DNA of 64,000 nt from Candidatus Polarisedimenticolia bacterium. Lineage in GTDB: Bacteria > Acidobacteriota > Polarisedimenticolia > Gp22-AA2 > AA152. Below the pieces are notes generated by a model that was given only the letters and a program-made list of their open reading frames with translations, was not told where the DNA came from and searched no databases. The DNA lies in NCBI GenBank assembly GCA_036004685.1, contig DASYRE010000008.1, positions 35,818 through 99,817 on the forward strand. Reading direction: 5' to 3'. This document shows, piece after piece, positions 59,536 through 64,000 of this stretch. Each line of letters begins with the position of its first letter. The stretch's first letter is position 1. Position numbers and translations under genes: made by a program.

Positions 59536-60741
59536 ATGAGCGATCGAAAAGATCCTAAGAAGTGGTACGGCGGCGGCATGTACAGCCGGACTCCGACGCG
59601 AGGCCCGGCCAAGGGGACCGAGGTTTTCTACGGGAAGGTTTGGATCAAGAGCGAGCGCCGGCGCCGGCATTTCCTCCTCGGCCCGGGCTTCCTGCAGGCG
59701 AAGAAGAAGCTCGCGGGGATCTACGCCGACCCGGAGAAGGCCCTGGTCGAGCTCACGCGGAGGCGTGTGACGGTCCGGACCTTCGAGGCCATTCTCGATG
59801 AGTTCCTCGAGAAGTACCGGAGCCGCGCGGGGACGTCGGATTACTACCGCGTCGTCCTGAAGCCTGCCCGGGCGTTCTTCGGGAAGAAACCAATCATGGA
59901 GATCACCGTTGACACGATCGATCGCTACCTGGCTTCGAGGCGCGGCGAGAGGACGAAGGGCGTCCCGCGAAAGGTCAACGAGGAGATCGTGATGGTCGGA
60001 GCCGGCCGGCGGAAGGTGGGGGAGGCCTCCTTGCGCAAGGAGATCATCGCGATGGGGACCGTCTTTCGATGGGCCGAGCGCCGAGGCCTCGCGGGTCGGA
60101 ACCCGATCGCGCGCGTCGAGAAGCCGAAGGACCCGGCCGAGCGCAGCATCGCAATCCTCTACCCGGAACAGGAGAAGCTCCTCGAGGAGAAGTGCCCGGC
60201 CTGGGCTTGGGATGTCGCGGAGTGGGCGCTCTACTCAGGAATGAGGCGGGGGGAGGTCCTGGCGCTCAGGTGGCGCGACGTCGACCGGGCCCGCGGCGTG
60301 ATTCACGTCCTGGGGGGAAAGACGGGGAAGAGCCGGATCGTCCCGCTCACCTTGAGCAAGCGGCTCGGCGCCTTCCTCGATCGCCATCCGCGGCGCACGG
60401 ACACCGATCTTCTCTTCCACGAGACGAACGGCTCACCCCTCGACGTGGACCGGCTCGATTCGGCCCTGGAGGGCGCCGCCGCGGCCGCCGGCGTCCCGAA
60501 GGAGAGAGGAGTCCTCTGGAACCGACTTCGCCACACCTGGGCGACCAGGCTGGCGCAGAGCGGCATCTCCGTTCTGGAAATCAGCAAGCTGATGGGGAAC
60601 AGCGTCGCGATCTGCGAGAAGCACTACGCCGCGTATCTTCCGGGAGCTCACGAAAGGCTGGCGGGGATTCTGGACGCGCCGCCGGTGGAAAAGAAGGAGC
60701 CGCCGAAAGAGCCGCTCCAGGATGTGAAAGTGGGCGCCTAG
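59536..60741 (+). CDS. Tyrosine recombinase / phage integrase
   Basis: SGMRRGEVLALRW, GGKTGK, RLRHTWAT, LMGNS, HYAAY; adjacent to attR. Confidence 0.95.
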   Translation: MSDRKDPKKWYGGGMYSRTPTRGPAKGTEVFYGKVWIKSERRRRHFLLGPGFLQAKKKLAGIYADPEKALVELTRRRVTVRTFEAILDEFLEKYRSRAGTSDYYRVVLKPARAFFGKKPIMEITVDTIDRYLASRRGERTKGVPRKVNEEIVMVGAGRRKVGEASLRKEIIAMGTVFRWAERRGLAGRNPIARVEKPKDPAERSIAILYPEQEKLLEEKCPAWAWDVAEWALYSGMRRGEVLALRWRDVDRARGVIHVLGGKTGKSRIVPLTLSKRLGAFLDRHPRRTDTDLLFHETNGSPLDVDRLDSALEGAAAAAGVPKERGVLWNRLRHTWATRLAQSGISVLEISKLMGNSVAICEKHYAAYLPGAHERLAGILDAPPVEKKEPPKEPLQDVKVGA

Positions 60742-60809
60742 GTGACCCACGAAGAAGGGCCGGTCTGGTAAGATGCGCTCTTCGAGTCGCTTGCCGAATC
60801 TACCTTTGC

Positions 60810-60858
60810 CCTTTTAAGCAGAGGGTCGCTGGTTCGAGTCCAGCACGGCTCACCATTC
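60810..60858 (+). repeat. attR core (3' half of tRNA-Lys)
   Basis: Identical to 46480-46528; no tRNA 5' half upstream. Confidence 0.95.
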
Positions 60859-60934
60859 GCTCCCCCTCGGGGAATTTGCTGGACAGGAGCGTGGGCGAAC
60901 CCCTATCATCTTCGCCCGCACTGCGGAACCGGAC

Positions 60935-61012
60935 GTCCCCATCGTCTAGTCTGGCCTAGGACGCCGCCCTTTCAAGGCGGCAACACGGGTTCAAATCCCG
61001 TTGGGGACGCCA
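60935..61012 (+). tRNA. tRNA-Glu(TTC)
   Basis: Acceptor GTCCCCA/TGGGGAC, anticodon loop CT-TTC-AA, GGTTCAAATCCC, encoded CCA. Confidence 0.95.
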
Positions 61013-61092
61013 GCCTGCCTCCGGCCCTCCGGAGTCCGATCGGTCTCGCGCCTCGGCGCTCTTCGAGGTTTTGACTCGGGCGCCCCACGGGA

Positions 61093-62646
61093 TCAGCGCT
61101 CGAAGAGCTCCGCGGAGGTCACGATGCGCGAGCGCTCCGCATTCAGCTTCACCGGAAACTTCTCGATGATCTTGTCCTCGGCGAGAATCTCGGCCGGCGT
61201 CCCGGACGTGTCGTAGCGGATCGGCGTCGGCTTTCCCCCCTGCAGCGCCTTCAGGAAGCCCTGGGCGTCTTCCGTCACGACGGCGACGACGAGATTGTCG
61301 GCGCGGAGATGCTTGCGCACCGCCTCGTTCACCTGATCCCGCGTGAGGGTCGGGAGGCGCTTCTGCACTTCCGTGAGATAGTCGCCCGTCCCGTAGAAAT
61401 CGGAATCCTGGCGGTAGCCGAGCCGCTGGTCCAGGCTCTGGGCCCACAGGCGGCTGTAGGTGATCAAGAACGAGCGCGTCTGCTCGAAGTCCGCCTCCGA
61501 GATCCCTTGCCGGACGAGCCGGTCCAGGTGATAGAGAGCCCCTTTCAAGCCGAACAGCGCGTTGGCGTGCGGGATCGGCCGGAGCCAGAACGAGAAGTAT
61601 TGCTGGCGGCGGGGGATGTTGGGCACCGGAAAGGTCGAATCGCCGTCCTGGATGAAGTTCTCGATGTACGAGTAGTCTCCGTAGTTCAGCCCCCGCTTGC
61701 CCCTCAGCTCGTTCATCAAGACGCCGTTGAAGGTCCGGTGCTCTCCGAGATAGGAATTCGCCACCAGCAGCGGATACCAGTCGTCGTCGTGGCGCGTCAC
61801 GCGCGTCGGGAAGCCGGCCGAGATCGCCGTCGCGATGCACGGCTTCTTGACCACGACGAGCTCGATCCCCTCCGGCGTCCGCGGCGCCGGCAGCGGCGGA
61901 TGCTCGGCCTTGCCCGAGGCGAGCTTGGCGGCGAAATCGTGCGTGATCCGGGACACCAGCTCACGCGTGTAGCCGCCCGCCAGTCCGACGTCGACCGCCT
62001 CCCGGGTGAAGCGCGTCGCGTAGAACTTCTTCACGTCGTCGAGGGTGATCGATTTCAACCCCTGGACCGTCCCCGCGTCGACGTGACCGTAGGGATGGCC
62101 GCTGTACAGAGCGGTCTGGAGCGTCCACTTCCCGAGATTCTCGTCGTCATTGCCGCGCAAGCCGTTGACCAGGTAGTTCTCGGCCTCGTCGCGAAGCCGC
62201 TCGAAATCCTGGGAATCGAGCCGGGGATCGAGCAGGACGTCCCGCAGGAGCGGGTAATAGCGATCGAGGTGATCCCGGTGGCAGCGGCCGGAGATCACCA
62301 CCATCTCCTTGTCGGCCTGGACGTCGATCCGGGCCGCCATCGGATAGAGGGTCTCGAGCAGCTGGGAATAAGTGAGGGAGCGGGTGCCTCCTTCCCCCAG
62401 CATGCGCGCCGTCAAGGCCGCCAGGCCTTCCTTCCCGGCGGGGTCGTCGATCGAGCCGACGCGGAAGAGAATCCGGAAGTAGACGATCGGAGAATTGGCG
62501 GAAGGCAGGAGGGTCGTCTTGATGCCCGGGGCGGGAGAGCCGCCGGGCGACGCTCCCCGGTCGCCCACCGAGCAATGCATCGCGATCAGGGCGGAGGTCA
62601 CGGCGAGAGCCAGCGTTCCGGCGTTGCGGCGCGGCAGACTCTTCAT
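61093..62646 (-). CDS. M16 (pitrilysin) peptidase, non-catalytic-type subunit, exported
   Basis: DPAGKEGLAALTA, LRGKRGLNYG; no HxxEH motif; signal/lipobox-like start MKSLPRRN...IAMHC. Confidence 0.85.
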   Translation of the reverse strand: MKSLPRRNAGTLALAVTSALIAMHCSVGDRGASPGGSPAPGIKTTLLPSANSPIVYFRILFRVGSIDDPAGKEGLAALTARMLGEGGTRSLTYSQLLETLYPMAARIDVQADKEMVVISGRCHRDHLDRYYPLLRDVLLDPRLDSQDFERLRDEAENYLVNGLRGNDDENLGKWTLQTALYSGHPYGHVDAGTVQGLKSITLDDVKKFYATRFTREAVDVGLAGGYTRELVSRITHDFAAKLASGKAEHPPLPAPRTPEGIELVVVKKPCIATAISAGFPTRVTRHDDDWYPLLVANSYLGEHRTFNGVLMNELRGKRGLNYGDYSYIENFIQDGDSTFPVPNIPRRQQYFSFWLRPIPHANALFGLKGALYHLDRLVRQGISEADFEQTRSFLITYSRLWAQSLDQRLGYRQDSDFYGTGDYLTEVQKRLPTLTRDQVNEAVRKHLRADNLVVAVVTEDAQGFLKALQGGKPTPIRYDTSGTPAEILAEDKIIEKFPVKLNAERSRIVTSAELFER

Positions 62647-63998
62647 CGCCCCACCTCCTTGGGCTTGCCTTTCTCCGCGGCCAGGAGGACCACGGTGCGG
62701 TTCTCGGGGGAGAAGTAGCGCACCGCCGCCTTCTGGATGTCCTCGGGGGTCAGCGAGTCGTACGTGGCGTAGAGCGTGTTGTAGTCCTCGGGATCGCCCG
62801 TCAGCTGAAGGATGTGGGCGAGCGTCTCCGCCACCGAGTCGGCCGTGTTCAGCCGCATCTGGAAGGCGTACTTGAGATGGCTCTTGGTGTCGGAGAGGCG
62901 GCGCGCGTCGACGGGATTCTTCTTCAAGTCCTCGAGGGTCGCCTCGATGGCGGCCTGGACCTCCTTGATCTTGGCTTCGTCCTTGACCCGGGCGCCGATC
63001 ACGAAGAGGTTCGGATCGCGGTGATCCGACGCGGAGCCGTAGAGAGCGTCCACGAGCTGCTCGTCGATGACCAGCTTCTTGTAGAGCGGCGAGGTCTCCG
63101 AAAACGCCACCTGCGTGATCAGATCCAGCGCCGGCATGTCCTTGTCGCGCGGCGAGAACGCGGGGCTGTGATAGCCGAGGGTGAGATAGGGCAGGGTCGG
63201 GTTCTTCCAGGCGATGGAGACCTTCTTTTCGGCGGTCTGCGGCGGCTCGGCAGGGATCTTGACCTCGTAGCTGCCGCGCTTCCAGGGGCCATAGTGCTGG
63301 GCCGCCAGCGCGAAAGTCTTCTCCGGATCGACATCCCCCACAACCAGAAGGATGCAATGCTCCGGGCGGTAGTAGCGATCGTAGAAGGTGAGGGAGTAGT
63401 CGTACTGGTTGGGCATGTCCTCGATATCGCGCAGAAACCCGATCGTCGTGTGCTTGTAGGTGTGGGTTCGGAAGGCGGCGTCGTAGAGCTTCTCCTCGAT
63501 CGTGCTCTCGGGAAACGAGAAATTCTTGTTGTACTCGCCGAGCACGGCGCGCGCCTCCTTCTGGAACGCCTCCTTGCCGTACCGGAGGTTCATGAAGCGA
63601 TCGCTCTCGATCTCCATGATCCGGGGGAGCGCGTCCGATCCGGCGAGGATGTGATAGGCGGTGAGGTCGTCCGAGGTGAAGGCATTCGAGTCGGCGCCCA
63701 TCTCCTTGAGGATGGAATTGTATCGATCGGCCGGGATCTTCTCCGTCCCCCGGAACATCATGTGCTCGAAGAAATGGGCGAATCCGGAGTGGCCGGGCTC
63801 GATCTCGTTCCGGCTTCCGACCCGGACGATCACCCAGTGGGCCACGAGGCCGGGCGATTCGAACGGGACCACCACCACCTTCAGCCCGTTCGGCAGGGTC
63901 TGCTGATGGATCGGATAATCGAAGACGCGGGAGCCGCCCCCGGCGGGCGGGGAAGCGAGTAGCGCCAGCGGCACGGGCACCAGAATCGCGGCCAGGAG
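62643..63998 (-). CDS. M16 (pitrilysin) zinc peptidase, catalytic subunit (5' end runs off the window)
   Basis: GFAHFFEHMMFRGT (HxxEH), NAFT, YYRPE; frame open to the window end. Confidence 0.93.
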   Translation of the reverse strand, partial: LLAAILVPVPLALLASPPAGGGSRVFDYPIHQQTLPNGLKVVVVPFESPGLVAHWVIVRVGSRNEIEPGHSGFAHFFEHMMFRGTEKIPADRYNSILKEMGADSNAFTSDDLTAYHILAGSDALPRIMEIESDRFMNLRYGKEAFQKEARAVLGEYNKNFSFPESTIEEKLYDAAFRTHTYKHTTIGFLRDIEDMPNQYDYSLTFYDRYYRPEHCILLVVGDVDPEKTFALAAQHYGPWKRGSYEVKIPAEPPQTAEKKVSIAWKNPTLPYLTLGYHSPAFSPRDKDMPALDLITQVAFSETSPLYKKLVIDEQLVDALYGSASDHRDPNLFVIGARVKDEAKIKEVQAAIEATLEDLKKNPVDARRLSDTKSHLKYAFQMRLNTADSVAETLAHILQLTGDPEDYNTLYATYDSLTPEDIQKAAVRYFSPENRTVVLLAAEKGKPKEVGR

Positions 63999-64000
63999 CG

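Larger units (their letters stand above)
46480..60858. mobile_element. ~14.3-kb integrated phage-satellite-like (PICI-like) element
   Basis: att repeats in a tRNA, integrase next to attR, HTH-HTH-primase module, terS and prohead protease, visibly lower GC than the flanks. Confidence 0.9.

Noticed and set aside
60810-60858. Second tRNA-Lys gene
   Set aside because: Only the 3' half from the anticodon loop is present; it is attR.
60859-61012. Integration separating tRNA-Glu from the tRNA-Lys promoter
   Set aside because: tRNA-Glu has its own plausible promoter (TGGACA-18-TATCAT at 60880-60909), so no regulatory effect is implied.
1-64000. CRISPR array, rRNA, IS transposase, reverse transcriptase
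   Set aside because: No regularly spaced identical repeats, rRNA-like sequence or DDE/RT motifs seen; the junction units are degenerate and separated by whole genes.

Overview
High-GC bacterial chromosome segment; the gene repertoire looks Acidobacteria-like (inference). Bases 1-46.4 kb are mostly housekeeping genes: an amino-sugar/glycosyltransferase cluster, a selenocysteine-containing selD (in-frame UGA plus SECIS-like hairpin, missed by the ORF track), an aroD-aroE fusion, a ThiF/MoeB enzyme, and a complete trpEGDCFBA operon preceded by a structured leader and a lipoprotein gene. They also include asnB, a 1440-aa sensor kinase, a membrane M28 peptidase, TusA plus a ThiI-like sulfurtransferase, two tRNAs, two pairs of tandem paralogous Cys-rich secreted proteins, rmuC, rlmI-like, hutUH and purA. 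A ~14.3-kb element (46480-60858) is integrated in tRNA-Lys(UUU) and bounded by a 49-bp direct repeat. It resembles a phage satellite: tyrosine integrase, XRE and excisionase-type HTHs, Prim-Pol/helicase with an inverted-iteron origin, P27-type small terminase and HK97 prohead protease, but no large terminase, portal or intact capsid. The most unusual signal is in its right arm. Co-oriented single cargo genes (DUF5677/HEPN-like, RusA-like, membrane proteins) are separated by five degenerate copies of the integrase gene's own 5' end, mostly starting at the upstream gene's stop codon. This looks like an integron-like gene-accretion array whose junction unit derives from the integrase N-terminus. 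tRNA-Glu and an M16 peptidase pair close the window.
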